64,000 nucleotides of DNA, from positions 64,420,001 to 64,484,000 of the forward strand of contig CM052817.1 in assembly GCA_028534125.1 (NCBI GenBank). The letters are read 5' to 3'. This DNA comes from Lama glama. Lineage: Eukaryota. The notes beneath the pieces are model-generated. The model was not told where the DNA came from. It saw nothing but the letters and a program-made list of their open reading frames with translations, and searched no databases. The position numbers and the translations under genes are program-made. Positions 38,911 through 52,610 of this stretch are shown here, in pieces. Position 1 is the stretch's first letter; every line of letters begins with the position of its first letter.

Positions 38911-39279
38911 TAGGTCCGTAAGCTCTGATGCATATTATTATTATTATTTTATATCTCACACAGCACCCAGAATAATCCTTTGCCCATCATGCACATTTAA
39001 CAAAAATTGCCTGAATATTGTTTTTCTCTTCCTCTTTTGTTTCCCTTCCCTTTCTTTTCTGAACAGTTCAGTCCAAAAGCCATTATGAGGGACCATGGAA
39101 GATAGCAAAGATGTGAAGAGGAGCTGTCATGGCCCGAGCAGGGTGTCAGAGCCGAGCAGGCTGAGCAGGCTCAATCAGTAAGTAACTGTCTCATGGATGA
39201 TAGCAGCCAAGTTTCTCACTAGCAGAGAAGAGAGCTACAAATGTGGAAAGGGAGAAAATTATAATAAACCCTATTTTGT

Positions 39280-40135
39280 TGGATTGGAATTGGAGATATT
39301 AATGTGAACACATGGTTTGCAATATGTAAGGAGATAAATATAATTGAAGATGTGTGAAAGGGCTTGAGAGTAGCAACTCCCCTGTGGAAATGGCCACACC
39401 CAGCACCAGGTCTTGGCTTCGAAATACCATTCCCTGCTGAAGATATCAGGGATCCTTGGGAAAACAGTTGATTCCAGAACTCAGACAGGGGAAGTAAAAG
39501 ATGAGCCTGGAACATCTTGTTCTGCCATAACTACGGATACGCTCTAAATAAATAAATAAATGATGGGGCCATGTCAAAAGGAAACAGGAACCAGGGGCCA
39601 GTTTGAAGAGGCTGCTACTGGCTATATCTGAGATAATCAGATCATCAAAATAAATAATGAAAGTAATGAATTAAAACCCATAAACAATATAGAAATTCAT
39701 TATATGAATGTATAAATAGCTAGATAGATAAATAGAGAAATTGAAAGTTTGATGAGGAACAGGACATTTACATAATCTCAAAGTATCACCCTTCAAAATG
39801 CTCAATTATTAAGAAAACTACAGTAAATTTACATTGGAGAAGCCTGGCAAACACCATCCTAATCAAGTGATTAAATTTAACATCACCAGGAACAGAACAG
39901 AGTGAAATGTGTGCCCTAACAAACTGCAGTGAGCCACACAGGACCACTTCTGTGACATCTCTGCCAGAGATACATAACCAGAATCTACTCAAGGGGAGGC
40001 ATCAGACAAACTCAAATTCAGGGTTATTCTAAAAATTAGCCTCTGATCTTCAAAATTCTCAAGGTCAAGATAGTCAAGGGAGGGCTTCAAAACTGTTCCA
40101 GATTAAAGGCAACTAAAGAGAAATGACAACTAATG
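39280..40135 (+). mobile_element. L1MC/MD-like 3' remnant
   Basis: aagatgagcctggaacatcttg and ggagaagcctggcaaacacca...taatcaagtgat. Confidence 0.7.
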
Positions 40136-40374
40136 TGACTGGGGAGGCAGAAATTGGATGGATGCAGCCACCAGTCCAGGAATACTGGCAACCACCAGAT
40201 GCTGGGAGAGGCAAAGAATGGGTTTTCCTCTAGAAAATGGGTTTTCTCTCTGGAGAGAGCTTGGACCTGCTGATACCTTGATTTAGTCTCAGTGAAACTA
40301 GTTTTGGACTTTTGGGGAAGAAAAGATTTTTAAGTTTATGATAATTTGTTAAAACAACTATTGAAACAAATACA
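40136..40374 (+). mobile_element. MLT1 LTR 3' half
   Basis: ggcaaccaccagatgctgggagaggcaaagaatgg...cctgctgataccttgattt...aaacaaataca. Confidence 0.7.
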
Positions 40375-40752
40375 GAATTATTCCTTAACTGTTAAGTCAC
40401 CACAATGGTGATGGCGGCTTACCAAGAAATTAATGTTGCCTTATCTGGTTACTCTCCATTACCAATGAATACAAGCAAGACTGGGCATAGTCAACCTTTC
40501 CCATACCATCATGCTTGAAGAGCCAAGGGAAAAAAATCACAGAGCCAGCACACTGGTAAAGTGGCTTCATCTTCAAAAAGAAGGCTAACAATAAAATACA
40601 TAATATTCCTGAAGAGGTAAATGTCCTTGTTAATAATTAAATATTATACTCTCCTTTCATCCACAGCCTGAAATAGTTTTATGTAAATTTATTTCCCAAT
40701 AGTAGGATGCCATAGAGGCATCATTTGATCTAACAATTCAGCTGTAACAGGG

Positions 40753-41519
40753 TGTATTAGTCAGGGTTCTCCAGAGAAACAGAAGCAACAGGATGTGTGT
40801 GTGTGTGTGTGTGGAGAGAGAGAGAGATTTATTTTAAGAAATCTGCTCACATGATTTGGAGGCTTGGCAAGACCAAAATCTGCTGGGTAGGCTGGCAGGC
40901 TGGAGACTCTGGGAGGAATTGCAGTTTGAGTCCAAAAGGAGTCTGCTGGCAGAATTCCTTTTTGCTTGGGGAAGTCAGTCTTTTTCTATTAAGGCCTTCA
41001 TCTGATTGGATGAGGTCTGCCCACACTATGGAGAGTAATCTGCTTTATATTTTAAAATTAAAAAATTTTTAATAATTTTTTTTAAATTGAAATGTAGTTG
41101 ATATACAATATTATATAAGTTACAGGTATACAATGTAGTGATTCACATTTTTTAAAGGTTATATTCCATTTATAGTTATAAAATGTTAGCTATATTCCAC
41201 ATGTTGTACAATATATGCTTGTAGCTTATTTATTTTATACATAGTAGTCTGTACCTCTTAATCCCTTACCCCTCTTGTCCCCACCCCCTTCCCTCTCCCC
41301 TTGGTAACCACTAGTTTGTTCTCTGTATCTGTGAATCTGCTTTTTTTTTAAATTAGATTCACTAGTTTGTTGTAATTTTTAGATTCCACATATAAGTGAT
41401 ACCATTCAGTACTTGTCTTTCTCTGTCTGACTTATTTCACTTAGCATGATACCCTCCAAGTCCATCCATGTTGGGGCAAATGGCAAAATATCATTCTTTG
41501 TTATGGCCAAGTAGTATTC

Positions 41520-41555
<36 letters not shown>

Positions 41556-41674
41556 ACCACATAAAGTATTGATCTCACTAAAAAATACCTTTACAGAAAC
41601 ATCTAAAATAACGTTTGACCAAGTATCTGGGTACTGCAGCCTAGCCAAGTTGACACACAAAATTAACCTTTACA
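40753..41674 (-). mobile_element. MLT2 solo LTR interrupted by L1
   Basis: tgtattagtcagggttctccagagaaacagaa...ccaagttgacacacaaaattaacc. Confidence 0.9.
41062..41560 (-). mobile_element. L1 3' end with (GT)16 at 41522-41553
   Basis: The minus-strand ORF ends LEYYLAITKNDILPFAPTWMDLEGIMLSEISQ (L1 ORF2 C-terminus); 3' UTR motifs present. Confidence 0.9.
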
Positions 41675-43539
41675 CCAGGAAAAAAGAACCCACTGCCACT
41701 GGGTTGGACATATGCATAGAATAAGAGCTCACCTCTTTGGATTCAAGATCATTTGCTTTGGACTCATGTCATTCAGTAATGTGTATACTTTTATCACATG
41801 TTTTCACCTGGTTTTCTTTTTCAGAAGGAAAAGTAGCCTTGAAAATCATCAAAGTTTGGGACTCATTTTGCCGCGTGGCTAATGCATTTTGTAACTACCT
41901 TGTCAGCATAAAGCATGGGAAAGCTTCTTACTAGGTATTCATGGAGCAAGAAAATCTAGGCCGATCAGCTTTACAGAACTGAATCAAGAAAGGCTACTCT
42001 CAGGACAAGAGCTTAAGGGAGCTAGAGAAGAGACCTAAGACATGAGGATGTTTTCACCTAAAAGTTTTTGATTGATTGTATTTAGAACAGTCTAATCCAT
42101 TCACTATAGAAAAGAAAGATTAGGCTTCAGTTGGGTTAGAAATCAACCACAAATTACTCATTGTGTTTAAAAAGATGATGTTATTTCTTCTGCCAGGGAC
42201 AAAAATGACAGTCACCTTGGATCATGTGTCCATGAGCAGGAAAACCAAAAGCAATCTTTGATGGAGCAGAGAAATGTCTTTCCCCTCACAGCTTCCTAGT
42301 CTTTGGTTCCTCAGGAATATCAGCTGAGAAAAGATATGTATCTCAAGCAAAAGAATCAGGGAGATAGTAAAGGGGACAGTCAATAACTGTAATAATGATT
42401 AATTAAATATCTGTTTGGTACCAGATGCTGTCCTGGGTACCACAGAGACAAGATGACATAACACGGCCCCCGATCCTCAGTCTAGTAGGAGTAACAAATA
42501 AACCAGCCACTGTGATACATGAGGGAAAGAACTGTATGCAAAGAGTTGACAGACACAAAGGAGGGAGTGATTAATTCTGAGGGTTTGTTAGGGTTTCACA
42601 GAGTAGGTGACTTTGACCTGCACCTTGGACGATGCTTATGAGTCCAGCAGGAGGAGTAACACGAAACAGGATTCCAGACACTGGGAGTTTATTTTTTGTT
42701 TATTTAATTCTTAGTTTTATTATTGATTATCAAAGACTGAGTATTTACTTAGAAAATAAGAAATGTACCAAAAAATTATAAAGAAGTAAAAGCAGTGACC
42801 CCCCAAAATGACCCATCACTTCAGTATCAAGAGGAAATACTGCAGCAATAATTATTTTGCCATAATTCCTTATTTTCTTTCCCTATACATTTAAATATAA
42901 AATTGTGTTTATCTGATACACATAATTTTATATATTGTTTATACTCAAAACATGTTCTCTCATTTAAAAACTTGATAAACCAATATTTGGTAGCTTCTGA
43001 AAATCTCACCAAACAGATTTATCATAATATTTGTAAGCATTAATCTATTGTGGATTTTTGTGTTCCGAGTTTTCATTCACATAAGGGATGCCTTTGTGTG
43101 TAAATTTTTGTTGTATTTTAGAAGTGGAAATTCTGGGATAATGCTCTTGATAACCAGCTGTATTGCTTTCTAGGAAGTTTGTGACAGTTTAGATTATCAC
43201 TAGCAAAGTGTGAAAGGCTTCAGTAAACTACCAACATTGCATAGAATTTTTAAAAATTGATTTTAGTATACATTCAGTAAAGTGCACTGATCTCAAATAT
43301 ATAATTCACTGGAATGATATCATTTTTAAAAATTTAATAATTTAGTAGGAAATTTTAAATTTCTTTAAAAAAATATGTGTTTTATTTGTATTTGTCATAT
43401 TTGCTGTAAATCTTTTCCCCAGTTTGTTGTTTCTTTCCATTTCCCTTGTGATATTTTCTGACAGTCAAAGCTTTTATTGTTTGAGTTGTCAATTTCTTTT
43501 TGCCTTTTCCTTTGAGATTTCTTTCAGGTAGAATTCAAA

Positions 43540-44520
43540 ATATTTCTAGATTTCTTTGAGACTTCTTCGTTGCCTCACGGGTTATTCAGAAGTATGTTGT
43601 TTAATTTCCAAATATTTGGGGGATTATCCAGCTATCTTTCTGCTATTGATTTCTAGCTGAATTCCATTGTGGTCTGAGAACCCTCTTCATATGCTTTTTA
43701 TGATTTTAAGTTTGTTATGGTGTGTTTGTGGCCTAGAATGTGGTCTGACTTGGTGACTGTTGCGGTGAACTTGAAAAGAATGTGCCTGCTGCTGTTGTTG
43801 GATGGAGTGGTCTACAGGTATCAATAAGATCCAGTCGATGGATAGTGCTAGTCAGGTTATCTACATCCTTGCTGATTTACTGTCTGTTCAGTTACTAACA
43901 GAGGGTTGTTTTGTTTTGTTTTGTTTTAAACATCTTTATTGTGGTATGATTCCTGTAAACTACACATACTTCAGATGTACGATTTGATGGATTTTGATGT
44001 AGACACCAATGAAACCACCACCACAATCAGGATAGCTAACATTTCCGTCACTCCCCAAGAGGTGCAAATTTTGAATTTCTCATTTTTCCCTTCCCACGCC
44101 CTTTACCCCCACTAACAGAGGGGTTTTGAAGTCTCCCCAATTGTAATAGTGGATTTGTCTATAACTCCTTTCAGTTCTATCAGTGTTCAACTCAAGTATT
44201 TTAATGCGTAGTTAGGTGTATCCATGTTTAGGGTTGTTATGTCTCCTTGAAGAATTAAATGCTTTATCATTATGTAATGCCACTTTATTCGTGATAATCC
44301 TCCATATTCAGAAGTCAGCTTTGTCTGAAATTAATCTAGATACTCCAGCTTTCTTTAACTAATGTTATCATGGTATATCTTTCTCTATCCCTTTATGTGT
44401 AATCTACCTGGATCTTTATATATAAAATGAGTTTCTTATAGTTAAGTCTTATTTTTTTTAAATCCATCGTGACAATCTCTGTCTTTAATTGATGTATCTA
44501 GACCATTCACATTCATACCT
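43540..44520 (-). mobile_element. Old L1M ORF2 (endonuclease-proximal) remnant
   Basis: aattccattgtggtctgagaa, ttgaaaagaatgtg, gtggatttgtctat and actccagctttcttt. Confidence 0.75.
43906..44110 (-). mobile_element. L1 3' terminal fragment nested in the older L1
   Basis: T-rich tail then gaaaccaccaccacaatcag. 12-bp TSD actaacagaggg (43894-43905 / 44111-44122). Confidence 0.7.
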
Positions 44521-44671
44521 TCACCATGAAAATCTGGTGGGGCTCCTGAAGGTAAAGAAAACAAAACATAGGAACTTCCCCAAAAAACTATGGTCCCAGG
44601 AATTTCGGACTCATACTGGTCCACATTCAGCTCCTGGGATTTCATTCAAAATTACCATTCAAGTGTACAAT

Positions 44672-45445
44672 TATTTTTTTCTTTCATTTTTACTAAGACA
44701 TAAATGACAGCACTGCATAAGTTTAAGTGTACGACATAATGATTTGGTTTACATACACCAGGAAGTATTATCACACTACGTTCAGTAAATATCCATAATT
44801 TCATCTAGGTATAAAATTTTAAAAATAGAAAATTTTTTTCTTGTGGTAAGAACACTCAGGATNNNNNNNNNNNNNNNNNNNNNNNNNNNNNNNNNNNNNN
44901 NNNNNNNNNNNNNNNNNNNNNNNNNNNNNNNNNNNNNNNNNNNNNNNNNNNNNNNNNNNNNNNNNNNNNNNNNNNNNNNNNNNNNNNNNNNNNNNNNNNN
45001 NNNNNNNNNNNNNNNNNNNNNNNNNNNNNNNNNNNNNNNNNNNNNNNNNNNNNNNNNNNNNNNNNNNNNNNNNNNNNNNNNNNNNNNNNNNNNNNNNNNN
45101 NNNNNNNNNNNNNNNNNNNNNNNNNNNNNNNNNNNNNNNNNNNNNNNNNNNNNNNNNNNNNNNNNNNNNNNNNNNNNNNNNNNNNNNNNNNNNNNNNNNN
45201 NNNNNNNNNNNNNNNNNNNNNNNNNNNNNNNNNNNNNNNNNNNNNNNNNNNNNNNNNNNNNNNNNNNNNNNNNNNNNNNNNNNNNNNNNNNNNNNNNNNN
45301 NNNNNNNNNNNNNNNNNNNNNNNNNNNNNNNNNNNNNNNNNNNNNNNNNNNNNNNNNNNNNNTACTTTCTTAACTTTCATATATAACATACAGCAAACAG
45401 TGTTAATTATATTCATCATGTTGTACATTAACTCCCTAGTTCCTC
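44672..45445 (-). mobile_element. L1 3' UTR fragment spanning the assembly gap
   Basis: cactgcataagtttaagtgtac...aagaacactcaggat [gap] tactttcttaactttcatatataacatacagc...catgttgtacatta. Confidence 0.75.
44863..45362. other. Assembly gap (500 N)
   Basis: Read directly from the sequence. Confidence 1.
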
Positions 45446-45499
45446 TAATGCTTCTTGACTTGTGTGTGAATGCCATCTGTTTTACCTAAAAATTAAATC

Positions 45500-45700
45500 A
45501 TAAGTCTATGAAATTATAACAGAAAGAAATTACAAAATTTTTTGACATTGGAACTGATGGTACAATAGAAATGATAATTAAAATTGGCACATTAGCATGA
45601 AGGCAGTGGTACCAAACTGTACTGCTATTCACTGTATTCTTCACTGCCAGTTTCTCAAGTGTACAATTCTTAACTGACCAATGCCCTTGAAAACGTAGTC
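45500..45700 (+). mobile_element. Charlie1-like hAT transposon fragment
   Basis: aggcagtggtaccaaactgtactgctattcactgtattcttcactgcca. Confidence 0.55.
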
Positions 45701-46309
45701 CAAGGAGATAACGATTCAGCACATCTAGAAGACCACTTCTTTTCAGATACACAACCATGGCAGAAGCTTTCTGTCTAAAAAGTGTCTATGAAGCATCCCT
45801 TTAAAATGGGTTAGTTTCTAGGGACACCAAGAGCATGATCCACTTTAGACCGTCAGAAGATCTCATAAAGCCAAGTCCCGGGGGCAGAGACACAAGCAAG
45901 AGGGACTGGAAAGGCTGTGGCTAAGCAAGGGTGTTCTTTCCTACAGCCCCTTAGGCTGTGCTTCTGGGGAGAGCATCCCTAAGAACTTCTCAGAAACAGC
46001 AAACTAAGTGTGAATTTTATATCTTATACCCAAAGCACCCTCCCTTCATCCTGCTGGTGAGTGTGTCTGTATCTATTTAGAGCTGCTCAGTTTACAGGTC
46101 TGGTCAATGTCACACCATGTTATTATGCCCTAAAGGAATTTCACTGTCCCTGTATATACCTCCTACCTTCCTGTTATGGCAAGTGAACAAAGGTTTCAGT
46201 CCAATTTGGAGCACAGTAAAAATCTGGACTACTCTGGGTGAGGTCACCTGGACAGCCTCTTGCAGCTCACCACTAGGATTACTAAATGCGTTGTGTTCAT
46301 TATATTACT

Positions 46310-48620
46310 CAAAGATTCAAGCCACAACGAAACTATAGTAATCAAGACAATGAGGTTCTGGCTTAAAAATAAACATATAGATCAATGGAATAGAACTGAG
46401 AATCCAAAAATAAACCATGACATTTTTAACAAGGATGTCAAGACAGTTCAGAGGGTAAAGAAAAATCTTTTCAACAAAAGGTGCTGGGACAACTAGATAT
46501 CCCAATACAAAAGAAAGAAGTTGAACCATTACCTTGCAAAATACGAAATGCAAAAATTAACAGAAAATGGGCCAAAGACTAAATGTAAAAATTAAAACTA
46601 TAAAACTCTTAGAATAAAACATAGACATAAACCTTCCCACTTTAGATTAGGCAATTTTTTCTTAGATATGACACCAAAAGCACAAGTGACAAAAGAAAAA
46701 ATAGATAATTAGAACTCATCGAAAATTAAAACTCCTGTGCCTCAAAGGAGACAATCAAGAAAGTAAGAAGACAACACAAGGACTGAGAGAAAATATTTGT
46801 AAATCATATATATGATTAGAGGATTGCATATTGAACATATAAAGAAGGCTTACAATTCAGCAACAAAACAAAAATAGCCCTAGAACCCAGATCTTGATTT
46901 CTAATACCATTCTTCAATGGTATCAATGAAAGGAACAGGATTCCTTGATTCTAGGACTGATGCAAGAAATATGCATGATCAGCCTGGAGCATCTTATAGT
47001 GTCAGAAACTAAGGAAGTGCTCAGACACACACACATACACACGTACACACACAGTGGTGGGGGTAAATCAAAGGGACTCAGGAGCCAACGGAAAGAGTTC
47101 CTAATGGCCTAAGCTGGAACAATTTGAGCAGTAAGGCAAAGTAGTATTGGGTTATAAACCAAAATATAAAATAAATATCCATAAGTCCATAATAATATGG
47201 ATAAATGGATAAATAAGGGAAAAGAAGCGAATCTTCCATGCAGAATTCCAAATAATTTATGTAAATATTCTGCCCTCAAGAAATGGCATGTAACTCCTTA
47301 AATATGGATTCTGCCTAGTGACTTCCTTGCAAAGAGTACAGTATGGAAAGAGAGATGAAAGAAACTATATAAACACTGCCTCAACTATGTGATCAAGGCC
47401 AACATTAACATTGATAAGCCATGTCAATAGTGTGTGATGAAAATAGCACTTTACCACTGTGCTCTTCCTCCCAAAACAAAAAACCCCAGTCTAACCATAA
47501 GAAAAACATCAGAGAATCCCAATAAAGAGACATTCTGTAAAATGCTTCACCAGTACTCCTCAAAACTGTCAAGGTCATCAAAAACAAAGAATGTCTGAGA
47601 AAATGTCACAGACAGGAGAAGCCTAAGGAGATATGACAACTAAATGTAACGTGGTATCATTCATTGTAACAAATGCACCACACTAACGTGAGATGTCAGT
47701 AATGGGGGAATTAGGTACAGGGCATATGGGAACTCCCTGAACTATCTTCACAATTTTTCTGGAAATCTTAATCTGTTCTAAAAGAATAAAGTTTATTTTT
47801 TAAAAAGCCACAATAAACAAAGTTTAAAAAAAATTTTTAAATGGGCAAAGATTTGAATAGATATTTAGCCAAAAGACGTACAAATGGCCCATAAACACAT
47901 AGAAAGGTGTTCAACACCATTAATCTATAGGGAAATGCAAATTAAAATCACAGTGAGATACCACTTCATACCCACTAGTAAGACCAAAATTAAAAAATAC
48001 ACAATAACAAGTGTTGCAAAGATTCAAAGAAATTAGAACCCTCACACACTGCTGGTGGAAATTAAAATCATGCAGCGTATTTGGGAATCAATTTGGCAGT
48101 TCCTCAAAAAGTTAAACATAGAGCTACCATATGGCCCAGCAATACCACTCCTAGGTATACACCCAAGAGAACTGAAAATGTATGTTCACATAAAAACTTG
48201 TACACAGATATTCATAGCAGCACTATTCATAATAGCTGGACAATATAAACAATCCAAATATCCATCAACTGATGAATGGATAAACTAAATGTAGTATATC
48301 CATACAGTGGAATGTTATTCAGCTATAAAAAAGAATGGGGTACTGACACATGCTAGTACATGGATGAACCTTGACAATATTACACTAAATGAAAGAAGCC
48401 AGATACAAAAGTCTACGTATGTTGTGGTTCCATTTCTATGAAATGTTCAGAATAGGCAAATCCATAGATGCAAAAAGCAAATTATTGACTTTCAGAGGCT
48501 AGGGAGAACAGGAAATGAGGAATGCCTGCTAGTAGGTAGAGTGTCTTTTGGGAGTGATGAAAATGATCTGGAATTTGATGTGGCACAACTTTGTGACTAT
48601 ACTAAAATCTACTACTCTAT
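46310..48620 (+). mobile_element. L1MB-like ORF2 3' part plus 3' UTR, with an L1MC-like 3' segment at ~46880-47800
   Basis: ORFs read IVIKT..FWLKNKHIDQWNRTENP and [24 protein letters not shown]. Confidence 0.85.
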
Positions 48621-48931
48621 TTGAAGTTAATAAAATAAGAAAAGTAAGATTCAAACTACACTATGATCTGACCTCTCCATTTTTCTCCAAAGAAAGGAGG
48701 AAAACATGCTGTATGACACATATGCTATTTATGGAGGAACTAAGGCACCAAGTGGATAAGCCATGCTGCCATCATTTTGATCAGCAAGTGTTGGGCACCT
48801 GCTTTCCCAGGGGCTGGTACAAACCACATCCCTACAGAAAGTAATGCAGGAAAAGGCAAAGAATATTCTCTGCCTTCATTGAGTGGGAGTTCCAGGATAA
48901 ACAAGTCATGTCCATTAAAATAAAACAACTA

Positions 48932-49144
48932 TATATAACAGATAAACAACAAATTTATACTGTATAGCACAGGGATCTATATTCTAATAACCTATAACCT
49001 ATAATGATCTAGAACCTATAATGAAAAAGAATATGAAAACAGATATATGTACTTATATGTATGACTGAAACATTACGCTGTAGACCAGAAATAGACACAA
49101 CGTTGCCAACTGACTATACTTCAATGAAAAATAAATAAAAATGT
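48932..49144 (+). mobile_element. L1 3' end
   Basis: ctgtatagcacaggg...tgactatacttcaat. TSD ttaaaataa(a/g)acaacta (48915-48931 / 49145-49161). Confidence 0.9.
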
Positions 49145-50224
49145 TTAAAATAAGACAACTAATGGAGGCCGGGTTGACTTTGACCACTGATTTAGAAAAT
49201 TACTGGCCTGTGATGATTACTTGTATGAGAACTGGCTGTTAATACAGCTGAAAACACTAGATCACCACTTTCATAGCTACACAGAGTAGCCCCCATTTCC
49301 ATGGGCAAATGGAACAGAATACCAGACGCCAGGTTTGAGCAACAAAGACCCACAACAAGTGATGCTTTCTCTGTGTTTTATAAGGACAAAGAGCCAGTGC
49401 TTTACAGTGAGTTTTTTTTTTTTAATTAGGGAGAGAGGGGAGGCTACCTGATTTTCCAATCCTCAGGAAAATGATACTATTAGAAAAGAGGAGAAGAACC
49501 TAAAAGCTGTGTAAGAAAGTAATGAAGAAAAGGCACATAGTGTCAGCCCAAAGAGCCCTTCATGGCACACAGAGAGACTGTAGTATGTTTGCCCCGCATT
49601 CACCGGTGCTAGAGGAGAGAGAGCCCACCTGAAGCAATGGTGCGCTTTGGGAGAAGAGAACGGTACGAAGTCCAGGGCAGGAGAGGTCTGAGGAGGGGGA
49701 AATGGTGACGAAGTCTGACCATCATGCAGTTAAGGCAGAAGCTCCCTGATGTAGCTGTGGTGACGGCCTTGACTGTGTATCAGAATATAAGAGGGCCCAG
49801 GCATCCCTGACCTGGGAAATGAGGTGACTGCTGGTTAAACAGCCAGGGTAGTGGTTGTCATGGAAACCAAAATCTTTTGCTTTCTCGGAATAAGGATGGG
49901 AAGAAACAGGCCCACAATCTGTGGAGGAAGGCAGAACCCAGATGTGCCTGCTTTTAAAGTCCACATCAGGACCATCTTCTCTCCCACTCTCAGTATAATA
50001 ATCTCTGGATTCCTTCCCACCTGGCCCCTGTGAAGAGGCAGAGTGGGAAACAGACTCAGAAAAAGGTCTTGTTCCTGGTTTCATTGACAAAATGCCAGAC
50101 ACTAACCAGAACCTTGCTTTTATGCCAAGAACTCTGACTGAGACTCTTCCCATACACCAAAAAGTGAAGAGAAGTTGCCACTGAGTAGAAATATAATCAG
50201 GCTACATGGATAACAAGGTGGATG

Positions 50225-50680
50225 TGAACACCTGAAGTTTCAGCCTGTTAGGTGTCCATTCCTCCTTCAACTAGTAAGAGCATCCTGATTGCCCTTTGAA
50301 ATAACACCACTTCCTCATTCTTGGCCCATGTGGTTCAGGTGGAGCCATCCCCAGCCCACAAAACACAAGAATAGGCATATGACTCAGTTGTGGCCAATGA
50401 AAGCATAGTAATTAGTCCACAATATCCAAGCTATACAGTGAGGGTCACAGGACGTTGGCTAAGCTGAAGCAGTAAACTTGGAGCTGCCAGGAGACATCTT
50501 CCCCAACTGAGTGGAGAAAGCACATCTGCAATGGGAAGAAATGAGGCTGACTACAAAGGACAGCAGAGCTGAGAAAGAAAGCCCTGACTGCATCATTTGA
50601 TCCTTGATCTAGCTGTACCTGAAGATGAAGTTACCTGCAGATGTCCCAAATACACAAGCTCATCAATTATCTGTTAGGTA
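50225..50680 (+). mobile_element. Old MLT1-type LTR
   Basis: ttggcccatgtggttcaggtggagc, tggagctgccagg and gatctagctgtacctgaag. Confidence 0.55.
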
Positions 50681-51141
50681 ACCTGGCTATTACCTAATAA
50701 CTAGATTAGGTCATTTTTATACTTTAATGAAGTAAAAGAGCTTATCGATAAGTGGATAAGTTGGATCACAATTTTTGATAAAATTTCTGACAGGTGATTG
50801 GTTGCAGGCACCACCAGCATTACAAAACAGACCCGGTCAAAGCCTGTTGAATGACTACCAGCTGACCAACCAGAAAAGGCATATGAAATCTAAAGAAAGG
50901 ACAAAGAAATTAAACTCTAGAATTAAAAAAAAAAGAAGGCTCTTAACTTACTTGTCTTTTCTGAACTGATCAATTGTTTCAGATTATAATTGTAATTATG
51001 GCAAATAAAATGTTAATCATTGGTAAATTAATAACATTAACAGCAGCTATTATTACAAAAATTAGCATTTTAGAACCAATTTTTATGTGCTATCACTGTG
51101 CAAATTTTTTGTGTTCATAATCTCATTGAAATCTCATGTTT

Positions 51142-51330
51142 GGGGGGAGAGTATAGCTCAAGCAGTAGAGCACATGCTTAGCATGCATGAGGTCCTGGGT
51201 TCAATCCCCAGTACCTCCTCTAAGAATAAATAAATAAGTAAACCTAATTACCTCCCCCCACCAAAAAAATTAAAAAAACAACAACAATAAATTTAATAAA
51301 TAAATTTAATAAATAAGTAAATAAATAAAT
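51142..51330 (+). mobile_element. vic-1-like SINE, full length, inserted in a MIR
   Basis: gtatagctcaagcagtagagcacatgcttagcatgcatgaggtcctgggttcaatcccc. TSD aaatctca(tg/ca)ttt (51129-51141 / 51331-51343). Confidence 0.95.
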
Positions 51331-51994
51331 AAATCTCACATTTATAGGGGAACTACTATTATTTCCATTTTACAGATGAAAAAATTGAGACTATGATCAT
51401 TTATGAATGTGCCCAAGGTCCCCTAATAGAATCTCAATATCTGACAAAATACTTTGCTGAACGCTAGCTTATAGAGCTAGTAAGACCTAACCTTTTCTGC
51501 AAGCAGCTACCATCAGTTAGCCTAGCAATAAAAGGCAATGTCATGTGTGGTTAAGCACCAGATTAATGGTACAAACCATGGATGTTATAAGATCTCAGTG
51601 AGTGGAGAAAAAGATTGCCATAGGCCGGAATGATCAGAAGACACGGAGCAGGTGAGTTTGGGGCAAGACCCCAAAAGAAAAGGAAGGCAGAGAGGAAGCC
51701 AATTCCAGAGTGGAGGGGATGGTACCAAGTTAGTAGGAGAAAGAGCAGCCTGTCCTGCCAAAGTAACTGACTTTTGCTGAGATAACGAGGGAGACGAGCA
51801 GAGATCAGTAAGTCCTTAGATGCCAGTTTAAGAAATTTGAACTAGGTCTTAAAGGAACAAAAAAACCTTGGGCTCAAAGGACCAGATCAGGATACTGCTG
51901 TACTAACAACATATCTTGCAGATAATTTCTACTGTCAGAGCTGTTCAAAATTGAACCTTTAAGGATTAGAGCAATTGGGGAAATATGCATAATC

Positions 51995-52102
51995 GAATAT
52001 AAGGACTACACCTGTCCTGTTCAGCACCCTCCTTAGGCCAGGTATGGCATGGAGCAGGTGCTGGGTATGAGAATGCTCTCTTGGAGGTATTTTTCTAATA
52101 CA
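51995..52102 (+). repeat. 108-bp direct repeat, copy 1
   Basis: 105/108 identical to 54462-54569. Confidence 0.95.
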
Positions 52103-52610
52103 CATAAGCAGCACTTTAGGACAACAGGACCATAGGAACATAGGCATGTCCGCTGCACTAAAGCTGGGAGACTCCCCAAGCAAGGGAACAGCCCCGTGAA
52201 AGCTGAATCAGATGACTCAAAATCCAACCCAGTGCTTGGCTAACTAACCTTCCCTGCATTTCTTCTTTGCTTCTTTCCTGCTCGCTTCCCATCTCTGCAT
52301 TTTCTCCTCCTTTGCCATGACTATCTCTCCCACTGTGCTGTCCTTTATACCCTCTTTCTTCTGCATAAAAATATGGAGACCTCACTGTCTCTTCCCCACG
52401 GCCCCATTTCAACCCCCTTCTCTAGGTTCTGCTGCTGCTGCTCATCTCTCAAAGTGTTGATGCTTTACATCCTCCACATTCTCTGCATGTGTGTGCGTGT
52501 GCAGGTGTGTGTGTGAAGAAACAAAGCTAGAAGTTTCCGCTAGTCTACATGACTGTCTGGTTGGCTGGAGTCAACAGAAACTACAATTTTCCCTTAAATA
52601 TTAGTCCTTC

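Noticed and set aside
44843..45476. The two longest ORFs (176 and 206 aa)
   Set aside because: Artefacts of reading through N bases.
11770..47800. Similar blocks at ~11.9, 39.5 and 47.0 kb
   Set aside because: Independent copies of related L1M 3' regions, not a segmental duplication.
51142..51215. tRNA-Ala-like sequences (also at 16.9, 23.5, 32.9, 37.2 and 60.5 kb)
   Set aside because: They have A-rich tails, TSDs in most copies and diverged stems, so they are SINEs rather than tRNA genes.
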